From the UHGV virus genome UHGV-1359874: DNA of 64,000 nt; one strand, given 5' to 3'. Shown here in pieces: positions 17,976 through 28,607 of this stretch (positions are counted from its first letter, which is position 1; every line of letters starts with the position of its first letter). The position numbers and the translations under genes were made by a program. The notes beneath the pieces were generated by a model. That model made no database searches, had not been told where the DNA came from, and saw nothing but the letters and a program-made list of their open reading frames with translations. Source of the DNA: a virus.

Positions 17976-18761
17976 TTAGCAGCAAGCAGCCTGAACACCG
18001 CAGCATCCCTGACGCCAACCATAGTTCCCAGTGTAAGGATTAGGAACTTGATAGGCAGGAATAGGAGGCGGATTTAGTGTAGAAACTAAATAGTTGTTCT
18101 GCGCTGCCTGACTTGCCGCAAATTTCAAAGACTGGTTATCAGCGGTAAGAGATGCAATCTTATCCTGCAAAGCCTGAGTTTGCATATCCTGAATAGCAGC
18201 TAAGATACTGCGAGTATTACCATCCTGATTTTGAGTAATCGCAGTAGAAGCATCCGCAATAGCTTGACGAGTCTGGCAGGACTGTTCAGCTAAGCGGTAA
18301 TTCAGATCCGCGGCCTGGGTTGCTGACTCATAGCGATTAGTGCAGCAGCAATTTGCGAGCTGATTGCTAAGAGCAGTAATCTGGGCCGTTACAGCATTGG
18401 TATTCTGCATATCATTGATAGTCTGCTGAGTAATATTATTATTAACACCAGCAAAACCATTCAGCATACCAGTGTTCATAGCATAGAAACCATCACAGAC
18501 ACCATTATTTACGGCATCTAGTTTACGCTCAATATTAGCGAAGTCAGATGTTAAAATGTATCCATCTGTAATGCCGGAGCCAGTGGAGCCATCGCCTCCA
18601 AAGAGTCCACCACGACCGTTGCCCCAGCCACCTGCGAAACAGAACAGGAACAGAATGATAATCCACCAAGACTGGTTTCCACCCCAATCATCAGTGCGTC
18701 CATTGTTACCAGTAGCCGCCGCAATATCAGCTAAGCTATAACCTTCATTGGTATTAAACAT
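17976..18761 (-). CDS. hypothetical membrane-anchored Gly/Gln/Cys-rich protein (261 aa)
   Basis: Single hydrophobic segment 'WWIIILFLFCFAGGW', Gly-rich linker, Q/N-rich coiled region, C-terminal 'CCGVQAACC'. Confidence 0.35.
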   Translation of the reverse strand: MFNTNEGYSLADIAAATGNNGRTDDWGGNQSWWIIILFLFCFAGGWGNGRGGLFGGDGSTGSGITDGYILTSDFANIERKLDAVNNGVCDGFYAMNTGMLNGFAGVNNNITQQTINDMQNTNAVTAQITALSNQLANCCCTNRYESATQAADLNYRLAEQSCQTRQAIADASTAITQNQDGNTRSILAAIQDMQTQALQDKIASLTADNQSLKFAASQAAQNNYLVSTLNPPPIPAYQVPNPYTGNYGWRQGCCGVQAACC

Positions 18762-18819
18762 AATGTACCTCCAGTTAATTTAAATATTAGTTTTGGGTTG
18801 ATACTTACATATATTTAAT

Positions 18820-19068
18820 TTAAAGCCCCATCGTCCGCCTGAAGCTATTAAATTCTTTATCAAAATCCACACCTTGCGAAGCTGCAATATTTCTAACAAC
18901 TTGTTCAATTCCTTTTGAATCATTACTTTTCATTAATTGCAATAGATTAGCAAAGACTGGATTCTGATTTGCTTGAGCACTTACCATATTCATAACAAAC
19001 TGTTGCGGATTTCCTGATTTTTTAATCATCTGCAATAGCTGTAACATCATTGTAGAATTAGTAGCCAT
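18820..19068 (-). CDS. hypothetical protein (82 aa)
   Basis: ORF. Confidence 0.3.
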   Translation of the reverse strand: MATNSTMMLQLLQMIKKSGNPQQFVMNMVSAQANQNPVFANLLQLMKSNDSKGIEQVVRNIAASQGVDFDKEFNSFRRTMGL

Positions 19069-19543
19069 TTAAATTAATCTCCTTTTTATGTGCGGGTTTC
19101 ACTTCTGTAGTGGTAGGGACTGAAGTCACTATCCGTTCTTGAGTAAGAACCGCATCAATTTTTTGTTCAATTTCCGCAATTTTATTTAATATGATTTCTG
19201 TATCAGTAGAAGTTTGCTCTTGAACATTTGTAGGACTTTCAACAGGAGCAACTGGCTTAAAAGTGAGAATTGTTGTAGTTCCATTAGGCATCCATGATTT
19301 TACATATATTTCACTAAAGTCAGCTTTTGGAAATACACCATAACTACCTATTGGTACTTCAGTAACTTTCACTATATCTTCACTATCAACAACTTTTCCA
19401 TTCAGCGGCAATGGTATGTTATTTTGAATATTAGCTTGCGGCTGAGATTGTGGTATAGTGTAAGAAGGCGCATACTGAACATTTCCATTATTAAATTGGT
19501 ACGGATTATAATAATTAGGATTATAATAATTCATAAATACCAC
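19058..19543 (-). CDS. hypothetical Tyr/Asn/Pro-rich protein (161 aa)
   Basis: 'NYYNPNYYNPYQFNNGN' low-complexity N-terminus. Confidence 0.3.
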   Translation of the reverse strand: MVFMNYYNPNYYNPYQFNNGNVQYAPSYTIPQSQPQANIQNNIPLPLNGKVVDSEDIVKVTEVPIGSYGVFPKADFSEIYVKSWMPNGTTTILTFKPVAPVESPTNVQEQTSTDTEIILNKIAEIEQKIDAVLTQERIVTSVPTTTEVKPAHKKEINLNGY

Positions 19544-19648
19544 TTTTTCTCCTTTCCTTCCTTGTTCATTCTTATATGAAAGTGAGCCATAAGTATTTTA
19601 CTAACCTTGTCCAAAAATTTTTAAGAAAAATACTAATTAACAAAAAAA

Positions 19649-19679
19649 AGGGATTTATCCATCAATAGGATAAATCCCT
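19649..19679. terminator. hairpin terminator (A-run/T-run flanked)
   Basis: gggatttatcc-atcaatag-gataaatccc with an A-run upstream and a T-run downstream. Confidence 0.55.
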
Positions 19680-19688
19680 TTTAAATTT

Positions 19689-20015
19689 TTATGATAATTT
19701 AATAGAATATGTAACAAAATGAGTGCCATCAACATCTTGGTTAAATTTTAAAGATACGATTTCAACACTATCTATTTCATACATTCCTGTTTTTCCTAAA
19801 TGAAATTCTTTTCCATTTAAAGTAAAAACTTCCCCGACTTTACCAGAAATGGCAAGTCTAACAATTCCAGCTTCTTTAATAATTTCTTCATTTGCGGAAA
19901 AAGGCCCTGTATATTGACCAAAATACATCTTAGTCACCTCATTTAATAATGAACCAAATACCGCCATTATGCAATTTTTTAGCTTGCGCTTGACCTTCAG
20001 AATCATCTTTAGCAA
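19689..20015 (-). CDS. hypothetical protein (108 aa); overlaps the upstream gene
   Basis: ORF. Confidence 0.3.
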   Translation of the reverse strand: MLKMILKVKRKLKNCIMAVFGSLLNEVTKMYFGQYTGPFSANEEIIKEAGIVRLAISGKVGEVFTLNGKEFHLGKTGMYEIDSVEIVSLKFNQDVDGTHFVTYSIKLS

Positions 20016-21639
20016 CTACTACAACATCTGCTGGTAATAAATCAGAAGAACCGCCACTACTCTCTGCGGAAATATTTCCTAAATAATACCATCCATCAAA
20101 TCCCGCGGAAGTAGTTTTGTTCGCTGTGCCATAGCTAAAAGCATAAACACTTTTTGGTCTAGAAGGACTTCCTACTGTAACAACTTTTCCTTCTAAATAT
20201 TGTCCTGTTAAGCCTCTTGGATAATTACTATTTAAATAACTGATTGCTTTATCTCTATCTGTTAAAGTTGAATATTCAGATTTATCAGTATCTAAATTCA
20301 AGCCAATTAAAAGACCACTGTCACTTTTAATAGCTCCCATATCATACCAGTCAGAACGATTCTCCCAAGTAGCTTTCTCTTGGCTATTCAAAGCTGCTCG
20401 TTTCGCAGGGTCGCTATAAAGAGCTAATAAATGAAATCTGTCATCTAAAGCCATCTTCATAATATAATTAAGTGGCTGACCTATTTCTGAATTAGTCCCA
20501 TCATTATATGTTACTTTAACTTTTTGATTGCCTTCTCCTTCGGTAGAACCCGTATTAATGACTACATCTTTTATAAATTTTATTTTTTGAGAAAAAGTAC
20601 TCGTTGTTCCATTATTATATTTTACTGTAACTGTTCCATCTGTTCCAGAATCTATAGAAGTAACCCATTTGATTTTTTTACTAAAAGAAGTAGAATCATT
20701 GTGGGTAAAACTAAAAGTTAAAGTTCCATCATCAGTCATGGAAACATTAGAAATTTCATTATAGTCTCCTGCATAATAAAGCTTTTTAGAACCTGACTCT
20801 GAACCATCATAATTCCACTGTTCATATACTAACACTTGACGCTTTTTAGCTATATCATCATCTTGTCCAGTATATGTTTCAATAGTATTATCCGCAGTCA
20901 TTATTTTAAGGTTCTTAAAGCAATCTCCTTTAACACCTTTTGGAATCCCCACATTCCATTTATTATAAAATGGATGATTTGTAGTTGAACTATTTTGACT
21001 AATAGTCGGTTGCTTATATGCGCTAATACTAGTTGCTGCAAATTCATTTACTAAATAAGGAACTTTGAAACCCATATAAACAGTTGTTTCAGCCCCATTT
21101 TCAGTAATGACATTGCAGGAATTATAGATTATTTTATCAGTAATTTTTCCAGAAGAATCTTTTCCTGGAATTAAATCTATATTAGCAGTTAATTCACCCG
21201 TAGAATACTTTGCGTTATCTCCGCCATTTTGACCAAGATTAGCCACATTCGCATAAGAATCCAGTTTCATTTGCGGAGCGCCGCCTTTCGGACCAGCAAT
21301 TTGGCCTATATATTGCGCACCACCTAGTTCATCTGTAATATTATATCCACGTCTGAAAATTTTACCATTATTATCATCATTTTTATTAAATGAATCTATG
21401 ATAACATATTCATCATAACTTACATCAGTATAGCTACCACCCTGAGAAAAAGCATCTTTCATGCAAAATTGTTTTATCCAGCTATCAATAGTAATTCCTT
21501 TATCATTGGCGTCTGGCTTAACGAATTTTTCTTTTTCTTCTTTACTTAAATAAGTTTCTTCAGAACTAATATAACGAAAGCGGTTTACAATAATAAAGGG
21601 CGTACCTTGACGACCGCCATAAAAGCTATTATTATTCAT
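19939..21639 (-). CDS. putative virion/tail structural protein (566 aa)
   Basis: Large S/T/G/N-rich beta-type composition within the late operon. Confidence 0.35.
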   Translation of the reverse strand: MNNNSFYGGRQGTPFIIVNRFRYISSEETYLSKEEKEKFVKPDANDKGITIDSWIKQFCMKDAFSQGGSYTDVSYDEYVIIDSFNKNDDNNGKIFRRGYNITDELGGAQYIGQIAGPKGGAPQMKLDSYANVANLGQNGGDNAKYSTGELTANIDLIPGKDSSGKITDKIIYNSCNVITENGAETTVYMGFKVPYLVNEFAATSISAYKQPTISQNSSTTNHPFYNKWNVGIPKGVKGDCFKNLKIMTADNTIETYTGQDDDIAKKRQVLVYEQWNYDGSESGSKKLYYAGDYNEISNVSMTDDGTLTFSFTHNDSTSFSKKIKWVTSIDSGTDGTVTVKYNNGTTSTFSQKIKFIKDVVINTGSTEGEGNQKVKVTYNDGTNSEIGQPLNYIMKMALDDRFHLLALYSDPAKRAALNSQEKATWENRSDWYDMGAIKSDSGLLIGLNLDTDKSEYSTLTDRDKAISYLNSNYPRGLTGQYLEGKVVTVGSPSRPKSVYAFSYGTANKTTSAGFDGWYYLGNISAESSGGSSDLLPADVVVVAKDDSEGQAQAKKLHNGGIWFIIK

Positions 21640-21656
21640 TAACTAACCCCCTTTTG

Positions 21657-22337
21657 TTAATATTGATAATCTATAATAAAACTATTTCCTTCTTGTAAAG
21701 CAAGAGCTATTGAAGTAATAGCTACATCATCAAAAATTAATTCATATATTCCAGTACGTCCAATATGAATTTCTTCACCATTAATACACATAATTAGACC
21801 AGGAACACTCTGTATTGCAAATTTAGTTAATTTAAATACTCCTATTGAATTTAATACCTCTTTTAATTCCTGGAATGTATTCACCTTTACATTCAGAATT
21901 CTTCCACCAGTAGAGCTACTATAATCAATAGTAATTCGTTTTAAAGTAAAAACTAACATATTATAAGAAGAATCTGGTGAAATCAATAAATCAAAATAAT
22001 AAGTTTTACCAGTATTTGCAGGTACAGTAAATTCTTGTAATTTTTGTCTATTATCTAAATCTTTATCACTAGCATTTTGTAAATAAGCAGTAAAAGTTTG
22101 TTCATAATTATTAGAATCAATAGAAAACCGCAAATAAAAATGTTTAGAAAATTCATAAGTTTCTTCATTTGGCAAGGTAATTGCAATATCCGTAAAATTA
22201 CCCACAGATGTGTTTTCTATTGAATCAATTTGTTTAGTCTGATAACCAACAATATTTTTATAATATTTTGGTTCAGATTGTCCATTAGAATCAGTTATGT
22301 CAGAGAAACTCCCTCTAAACTGTCCAAGATTAAACAT
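21657..22337 (-). CDS. putative tail/baseplate protein (226 aa)
   Basis: Position in the operon only. Confidence 0.3.
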   Translation of the reverse strand: MFNLGQFRGSFSDITDSNGQSEPKYYKNIVGYQTKQIDSIENTSVGNFTDIAITLPNEETYEFSKHFYLRFSIDSNNYEQTFTAYLQNASDKDLDNRQKLQEFTVPANTGKTYYFDLLISPDSSYNMLVFTLKRITIDYSSSTGGRILNVKVNTFQELKEVLNSIGVFKLTKFAIQSVPGLIMCINGEEIHIGRTGIYELIFDDVAITSIALALQEGNSFIIDYQY

Positions 22338-22359
22338 TAACTCCTTGTACCTCCTTTTA

Positions 22360-24558
22360 TTAGAACTTCTCTAATGCTTTTGTTGCAGAAATTGTCATTG
22401 TACTACCTATATCAAGAGGAATAGAAATAGTTCTAATCATATAATCTCCTGAAATATTACTTTTAAGATCTTTTACTCCAATTCGAGTATTTACATCTAA
22501 ATAATATATAGGAATACATTGTAATGAAATGCTTTCATTATAACTAGTATATTGATACAATAAATCTCTTACAGCATCATATGCGGCGTACTTATTCCCG
22601 CCACCAGCGAGCATTGTATAAATATTAGGATCAACTTGAGTAAAATTTTGACCTCTATCTTGAGCTTCCTGAACACGTTCATGGGTATCATCTTGACTAG
22701 ATTCAATAATAATCCAGTTAGGAATGTCAGGCGCAAATAGACAATTAACGGAATCATCATTCAATACTTTAGTGCGGCGACCAATATTATTAATACTAAA
22801 TTCACTTATTGCCGCACTAGTGTCAATAAAATCTAAAAAGAAATCGCAGTCACTTGGAGTATTTCTTACTTCATCATAAAAATCTTCTGTATAATAAGTC
22901 TCCATAGTATTATCTATAGGATTCCGTCGATGCTTTTCAGTCTCGCCCCAAATATCATACAACTTTGGCCATTCATTTTGAAGTTCAGTGTAATAATAAT
23001 TACTATCAATACCCCAAGGTTCAGTGTCCACGCCTTGGAGATAAAGCTCAGTACGCCAGTCTTTAGAAGTAATAGTCTCAAGTGTTCCGCCTAAAATCTC
23101 AACATATTTCTTTTCTGACGCATCCCAACGATACACCGTACCACCACTTTGTACTTTGACATCTTCTTTTCTATCATCATAGACCTGATGAGAATCTGTA
23201 TCAGAACTAGTATATACATCAGCAAGCTTCTTCACAGAATAAAAAACACCTACCTGACCTTCTGCGGGTAAGTCCTCGAAAGATTCAAAATTCATTGTAG
23301 CTTTAGCTTTTGTTAATCCAGTTTCTGGCTCAAGATACTTAAACACTAAATGCTTTTTATTAATCTCAGGTTTTTCATCAATAGCCAGATGATAACGGAT
23401 AGGCCAGGTATGGTCATTTGCATCTTTCCGCTGACCCCATACAATAAAATCATTCTTTATCATATTGAATTGCGGATTATTGCTATAAGCAGTAATTAAA
23501 GTGCTATCATCAAAATTATAAACAGTTTTACCATACTGTTGGTCAACAAGATAATCACTATTATTTAATTTATCTATTTCTACGGTGCTTTGACTAGTAT
23601 TTAAATAATTTTTAATTTCCTGAAAAACAAAATTGCCTTCAAGATCATAAAAATATTCATAATTACCAAGTGCATTTTTTATTGCCTCAAGAACGTCACA
23701 AACAGTTCCGCCAGCATTAACTACTAGGTCGCCACCAGTATAGTAAAAGTCTGAGTAAATATATCCTATATCTCTACCATTTTCATATTTAATATATCCA
23801 GTTCCGCCATTTGCAACTATCTCGGAATTATTTGTCTCATAATAACCTGCGGCAATCAATTTTTCTACTTTGTTTTCATCAGTAGTAAATTCAATACCAT
23901 TATTTTCATTATAGCAATAGAGTGGAACATTCCCAATCCACTTCATTACTTTCTTAACTCTTGTATCTAAATCACTAATAATAATTTTACCTAATTGCTC
24001 GCCGCCCCAATGATTAACTGCTTCTTGAATGATTTGATACATTGTCGGATAAGTAATAATAGTATTTCCATTTCCATCAATAGTTTCAATTTCATTAAAA
24101 GTAACAGATGCTGGTAATGTACCTCCACACTCACCATTTAATAAGCACATTTTATCTTTTAGTTGTAAAGAAATTGTGATTCCACCTGATGTGTGAGAAA
24201 TACTTGGCTGTATAATTACATAAACACCCATTGGAAACCATAGCTGTTCATACTCTAGATATTTATCTGTTATATTATCAATACCAATAGCAACTGAAAC
24301 TTTTTTATTGATAGACAATAAATGATTTGGATTAGTTACATTATTCTCAGTGTCTGGAAGAAATAGTGAAAGATTTGCAGTGCGGCGTATGGCGGATGAT
24401 CCGTCTATATTGATTGAACCACCTGTTGCCTTACCAGTAATATCCTGGAGAGGATTCTCATTCCAATCCAGGACTGTAATCTTTATATACTGGGTTTTGA
24501 GAGTTGTAAGGTCTAACTCTTTAAGAAATTCTCTATCATTTAGATATTCTTGTTTCAT
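22360..24558 (-). CDS. tail-associated protein, Tal/Prophage_tail-like N-terminus
   Basis: N-terminal 'ITVLDWNENPLQDI...SSAIRRTANLSLFL' resembles the siphovirus Tal (PF06605-like) N-terminal region. Start overlaps the upstream gene's stop. Confidence 0.4.
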   Translation of the reverse strand: MKQEYLNDREFLKELDLTTLKTQYIKITVLDWNENPLQDITGKATGGSINIDGSSAIRRTANLSLFLPDTENNVTNPNHLLSINKKVSVAIGIDNITDKYLEYEQLWFPMGVYVIIQPSISHTSGGITISLQLKDKMCLLNGECGGTLPASVTFNEIETIDGNGNTIITYPTMYQIIQEAVNHWGGEQLGKIIISDLDTRVKKVMKWIGNVPLYCYNENNGIEFTTDENKVEKLIAAGYYETNNSEIVANGGTGYIKYENGRDIGYIYSDFYYTGGDLVVNAGGTVCDVLEAIKNALGNYEYFYDLEGNFVFQEIKNYLNTSQSTVEIDKLNNSDYLVDQQYGKTVYNFDDSTLITAYSNNPQFNMIKNDFIVWGQRKDANDHTWPIRYHLAIDEKPEINKKHLVFKYLEPETGLTKAKATMNFESFEDLPAEGQVGVFYSVKKLADVYTSSDTDSHQVYDDRKEDVKVQSGGTVYRWDASEKKYVEILGGTLETITSKDWRTELYLQGVDTEPWGIDSNYYYTELQNEWPKLYDIWGETEKHRRNPIDNTMETYYTEDFYDEVRNTPSDCDFFLDFIDTSAAISEFSINNIGRRTKVLNDDSVNCLFAPDIPNWIIIESSQDDTHERVQEAQDRGQNFTQVDPNIYTMLAGGGNKYAAYDAVRDLLYQYTSYNESISLQCIPIYYLDVNTRIGVKDLKSNISGDYMIRTISIPLDIGSTMTISATKALEKF

Positions 24559-27293
24559 GAAGCAGACACTCCTTCAACTACCTCAATTAAATAATCAATA
24601 ATTACGTCAACAGAGCATATTACTGAACCGTTGTCATATGGACACCAAAAACCTTGATAATAAATATATTCATTTGCCGCGGTTGTCTCAGTATCTTGTA
24701 TAGTGTAAATACCATTAACCACAAGATTTTGTGCCGATGCTGCTTCTTTTAAATTAGCAAAACTTTTACCAGTTCTAATTGCGGTGTTAGCTTTTGCAGC
24801 CTCACGATTCGTCCCATTCACTTCATAAAGCTGGACCCCGCAAAAATATAAATCAGTAATGATCTCATCTTCTTCATAGAGAGTTAAAGTTTCACTTGCA
24901 TCTACTACGAATTTTCTTAACTCATTTGAGCCGGTCATCTTCGCATAAAATACCGTTCCTGGATTAGCTTCAATTCGCATTCCATTAATTGAAATTAGTT
25001 TTTGATATGAAGTTGACTTTTGCTTATAATACTTATTCCAAATTTTATCAAAAATAGATTCTTTATAGTTAAAATTACTAACAATTTGACCAATTTTGTT
25101 AGAATAAAAAATCATATCAGATTTATATTCCATATTTTGTAATAGATCAATCGTATAATCAATTATTCCTTCCTGTTCAACAGGAAAATATATAGAAGTA
25201 ATTTCTGTATCGTCTTCTAGTAAATCATAAACTCCCCGTTTATTGATATAAATAGGAGTTCCATTTAAATAGACAATATAACCAACTAAAATATTGGTTT
25301 CATTATCAGGGTTGCCGTCTACATAAATTAAATCATTACCTTGAATTTTAATTAAATAAGGATTTCCATATAATTCAATATGCAGTTTAGTAATTTTATT
25401 TACGGTCATTGAAATATTATCTTGTGTAATATAATTATGCTTTTCTGCTAAAGTTTCAGAAAAAATATCCACATTTTTTTTGAATGGACCTCTAACTTGA
25501 CCTAATAAATGAGAACTTTGTTGTTGAGATGGAGAATCTTCTTCTAAACCAATTAGTCCACCAGCAATATTATATTTAATTAAATTAATATTTGTATAAT
25601 CAGCAACTTCATAAGCTGTCGCGCTAAATGAATAAATCATTCTACCTAGAGTTTCTTCTGGTGTAAAATTAATATCCATTAACCGCACTAATATATTTCC
25701 TTCAGTAGTTGTCCGCAATAATTTAACAGAATCTTCATATAAGAAATTTGCAACAACTTCTCTGAATTCACGTTCATAGATATAATCATTATATTCATTA
25801 ATATTATTTTCTTGATTATATTTTTCATAAAGTGCAGCAATAGAACTACTACCATATAATTCTTCAATTTTAGCAAAAGAAGTTTTTTCTTTTTGATTAT
25901 CTTCTTTACTGATGGAATCTTCTACTGAATCTCCACCTGTATAAAATAAATCATTGTGAATTGTTATCATTCCAGAAATTGAAAATTGACGATATTCCAT
26001 AGCTCCATTTCTTTTAATAAAAGGGTATTTAGAACCAATAGTATCAATTTTAGCTTCAGATAAATTTTTCTTATATGAAGTAATTTTTGGATTATAACGA
26101 ATTCGTAATTGCTTTTGATTAGCACAAAGATACATATCATCAAATATAAGCATAATAGGTTGAGCATCAGCTTTATCATTTTTTCTGTCCATTGCCATGA
26201 CAACTGGTGATCGCATATATTCTCCGACTAATCTTTGTACACAATATTTATACCAAATACCTGATTCTATTGTATAATCTTCTATTTTCATTTCTTTAAC
26301 TTTTGTCTCAGGAATTTTAAAAATATCTTCCCAAATAACAAAATTCGTTTTACTAGAAGCTCTCCTAAATACAATATAAGAATCATCTAAATTAGATCCA
26401 CTTAATTCTGGGAAAAAATCAAGAGTAATAGTTCCCATTTCAGAATTTTTATCAACATAAAATTTGCACCCTAATTGAGGAGCAGTTTTCTGTTGAACAC
26501 GAAAACTATACTCTTCATGTCCATTATATAAATTATTTGTTATATAATCAACTGTTAATTTATAAGAATATCCATCTATCAACAAATATTCAAAAGTATA
26601 ATTAATTTCATTTATACCATGATAAGTGTCACAATATAAATCTCCACTATCAGCTACTTTATTATTTTTTGTATCATATAATTGAACTTGATATTTTTTG
26701 ATAACTTCTTTTTCTTGCGGGTCTGCAAAAGAAAGATTTCCAATTACAGTTAAAACATCTTGTTCAAGAGTTAATTCCCCTTCGCTACTTTGACTTGCAG
26801 AAAAACCTTTTAAAGTGATAGTAGGTTGACTAATTCCATGAAGGAGTGTAACAGTAGACCATTCAGAAAAATGACTTATATTTACTGCTAACCATGAATC
26901 AATTTTTTGACTAATTTTTCCTTCTGAATCTCTTGGCGGTGCAATAGAACTAAATCTTATTTGCACTTTATAATATTGATTGACAGCAAAACCGCCTTCA
27001 ATATCTGTATTTGCAATTTCAATATAATATTTATCATCAGAAGTTCTAGAACTATCCGTTAATATTCCACTATTTGCATATACTTTAAAACCAGTAGGAT
27101 AAAGAGACTTCTTTAAAACAGTAGCATTAGTTCGTTGATTTGTTATTGAAATCTGAACCGCCATAATGTTTTCTTTAGAGTTAAAAGCAGATATTGAAAA
27201 ATATACTTTAGCTTTATAACTAGAAGTCATAGCAAAAGTGGGCTGATAGGTAGACACTATTGGTGGGTACAATGTACTTAATATATCTGCCAT
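24555..27293 (-). CDS. large tail/baseplate structural protein (912 aa), Dit-like by position
   Basis: Immediately upstream of the Tal-like gene with overlapping stop/start. Confidence 0.3.
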   Translation of the reverse strand: MADILSTLYPPIVSTYQPTFAMTSSYKAKVYFSISAFNSKENIMAVQISITNQRTNATVLKKSLYPTGFKVYANSGILTDSSRTSDDKYYIEIANTDIEGGFAVNQYYKVQIRFSSIAPPRDSEGKISQKIDSWLAVNISHFSEWSTVTLLHGISQPTITLKGFSASQSSEGELTLEQDVLTVIGNLSFADPQEKEVIKKYQVQLYDTKNNKVADSGDLYCDTYHGINEINYTFEYLLIDGYSYKLTVDYITNNLYNGHEEYSFRVQQKTAPQLGCKFYVDKNSEMGTITLDFFPELSGSNLDDSYIVFRRASSKTNFVIWEDIFKIPETKVKEMKIEDYTIESGIWYKYCVQRLVGEYMRSPVVMAMDRKNDKADAQPIMLIFDDMYLCANQKQLRIRYNPKITSYKKNLSEAKIDTIGSKYPFIKRNGAMEYRQFSISGMITIHNDLFYTGGDSVEDSISKEDNQKEKTSFAKIEELYGSSSIAALYEKYNQENNINEYNDYIYEREFREVVANFLYEDSVKLLRTTTEGNILVRLMDINFTPEETLGRMIYSFSATAYEVADYTNINLIKYNIAGGLIGLEEDSPSQQQSSHLLGQVRGPFKKNVDIFSETLAEKHNYITQDNISMTVNKITKLHIELYGNPYLIKIQGNDLIYVDGNPDNETNILVGYIVYLNGTPIYINKRGVYDLLEDDTEITSIYFPVEQEGIIDYTIDLLQNMEYKSDMIFYSNKIGQIVSNFNYKESIFDKIWNKYYKQKSTSYQKLISINGMRIEANPGTVFYAKMTGSNELRKFVVDASETLTLYEEDEIITDLYFCGVQLYEVNGTNREAAKANTAIRTGKSFANLKEAASAQNLVVNGIYTIQDTETTAANEYIYYQGFWCPYDNGSVICSVDVIIDYLIEVVEGVSAS

Positions 27294-27342
27294 ATCTAAA
27301 CTCCTTTTCTCTCTTATTTACTACTTTTATATAAAAAACCTT

Positions 27343-27386
27343 AAAAAAAAATGGTCTTACTTAGACCAGAGAATCTAAGTAAGACC
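27343..27386 (-). terminator. rho-independent terminator downstream of the endolysin gene (minus strand)
   Basis: Hairpin ggtcttacttag...ctaagtaagacc with an A-run on the plus strand (a U-run on the minus transcript). Confidence 0.6.
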
Positions 27387-27406
27387 AAATAAATTTTATT
27401 TATTAA

Positions 27407-28171
27407 TTACACGCGAGTAGTGTAAGCAAGGGAAATCCAACCTGCACCGGATTTAAGCTTACCCCAAAGGGTTGAACCATTTCTATATTCACCAACAATG
27501 GTATATACATCGCCTTTTTTAACAGTAGTACTAATTGCACTAGAAGCACTATGATCTCTGCGAACATTTAAGGTTGAAGCCTTAATCCGAACCAAATAAT
27601 GAACTGGGGTAATACCATCATTAGAACCTGCTGAAGGAGCTGAATAAGATGGAGTTTCCGCAACAGTTTGACCAGTAATACCTTTAACAATAGCATTAGC
27701 CATCTTTTCAGCATTATAACGATTAGCATCCTGCTGACTATCTACGAAGCAGCATTCAACGAGCATCGCAGGTGAATTAGTATGTTTCAGCACATATAAA
27801 CCCTTACTATATTTAACACCGCGATTTCTGAAGCCAAGTTCTGCAATCGCGGCTACAGTTCTCTGAGCATAAGACTTTGCGGATGATCCAGCCGAATATA
27901 TCCAGACCTCAGTACCAGTACCGCCACCCGCATTAAAGTGAATTGACACATCGAGGTCAACTTTATGGGCATTACACTTAGCCACAATATTACGGAGATT
28001 CCGAGACTGATTAGCACCGACGTCATCAGTGCAATCATATACTGTATGACCCAAAGCCTCCAATTTAGAAATAACCAGGTTCTTTACCTTTCGATCTTCA
28101 GTTAATTCTGACAAATAGCCAGAAGCTCCACTTGAATGAGAACAGTGACCACCATGCACATTAATTTTCAT
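27407..28171 (-). CDS. endolysin: N-acetylmuramoyl-L-alanine amidase (Amidase_3-like) with a C-terminal SH3b-like cell-wall-binding domain
   Basis: 'INVHGGH' start and catalytic-domain length typical of MurNAc-LAA. C-terminal 'KKGDVYTIVGEYRNGSTLWGKLKSGAGWISL' is SH3b-like. Confidence 0.75.
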   Translation of the reverse strand: MKINVHGGHCSHSSGASGYLSELTEDRKVKNLVISKLEALGHTVYDCTDDVGANQSRNLRNIVAKCNAHKVDLDVSIHFNAGGGTGTEVWIYSAGSSAKSYAQRTVAAIAELGFRNRGVKYSKGLYVLKHTNSPAMLVECCFVDSQQDANRYNAEKMANAIVKGITGQTVAETPSYSAPSAGSNDGITPVHYLVRIKASTLNVRRDHSASSAISTTVKKGDVYTIVGEYRNGSTLWGKLKSGAGWISLAYTTRV

Positions 28172-28241
28172 ATAAAGTACCTCTTTCCTTTTATATCAAA
28201 AAATATAAAATTAAATAATATAAATATTATTAAATTTATAT

Positions 28242-28607
28242 TTAACTTAAAGCAGCAACTTTTTCTTGCAATTCATTAATTTGTTGCCGCCATTCAACTC
28301 TTTCTTTTAAAATATCTGAATATTCTTCTTTTGTAGCTACTCCTTCAGAAATTTTAATAACAGCATAATCTGTATCAGACAATTTCTGCTTTAATTCTTC
28401 AATTTGCTGGTGAATTTTTCCTTCTTCTGGTATGGGAATATAATAATAAACTTCTTCGTAATCATCATCATCCCACATAAACTTAGTAACGTTATCTATT
28501 GGTGTAGCATTTTCTTTTATTGCTGTGCCTTCTGTAAGAAATCCTTTATTTAAATCAGGATTTTCTATACTTTGCATATTTAAATCTACTATTCTTTTAG
28601 TGCTCAT
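28242..28607 (-). CDS. hypothetical protein (121 aa), no TM segment
   Basis: ORF. Confidence 0.3.
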   Translation of the reverse strand: MSTKRIVDLNMQSIENPDLNKGFLTEGTAIKENATPIDNVTKFMWDDDDYEEVYYYIPIPEEGKIHQQIEELKQKLSDTDYAVIKISEGVATKEEYSDILKERVEWRQQINELQEKVAALS

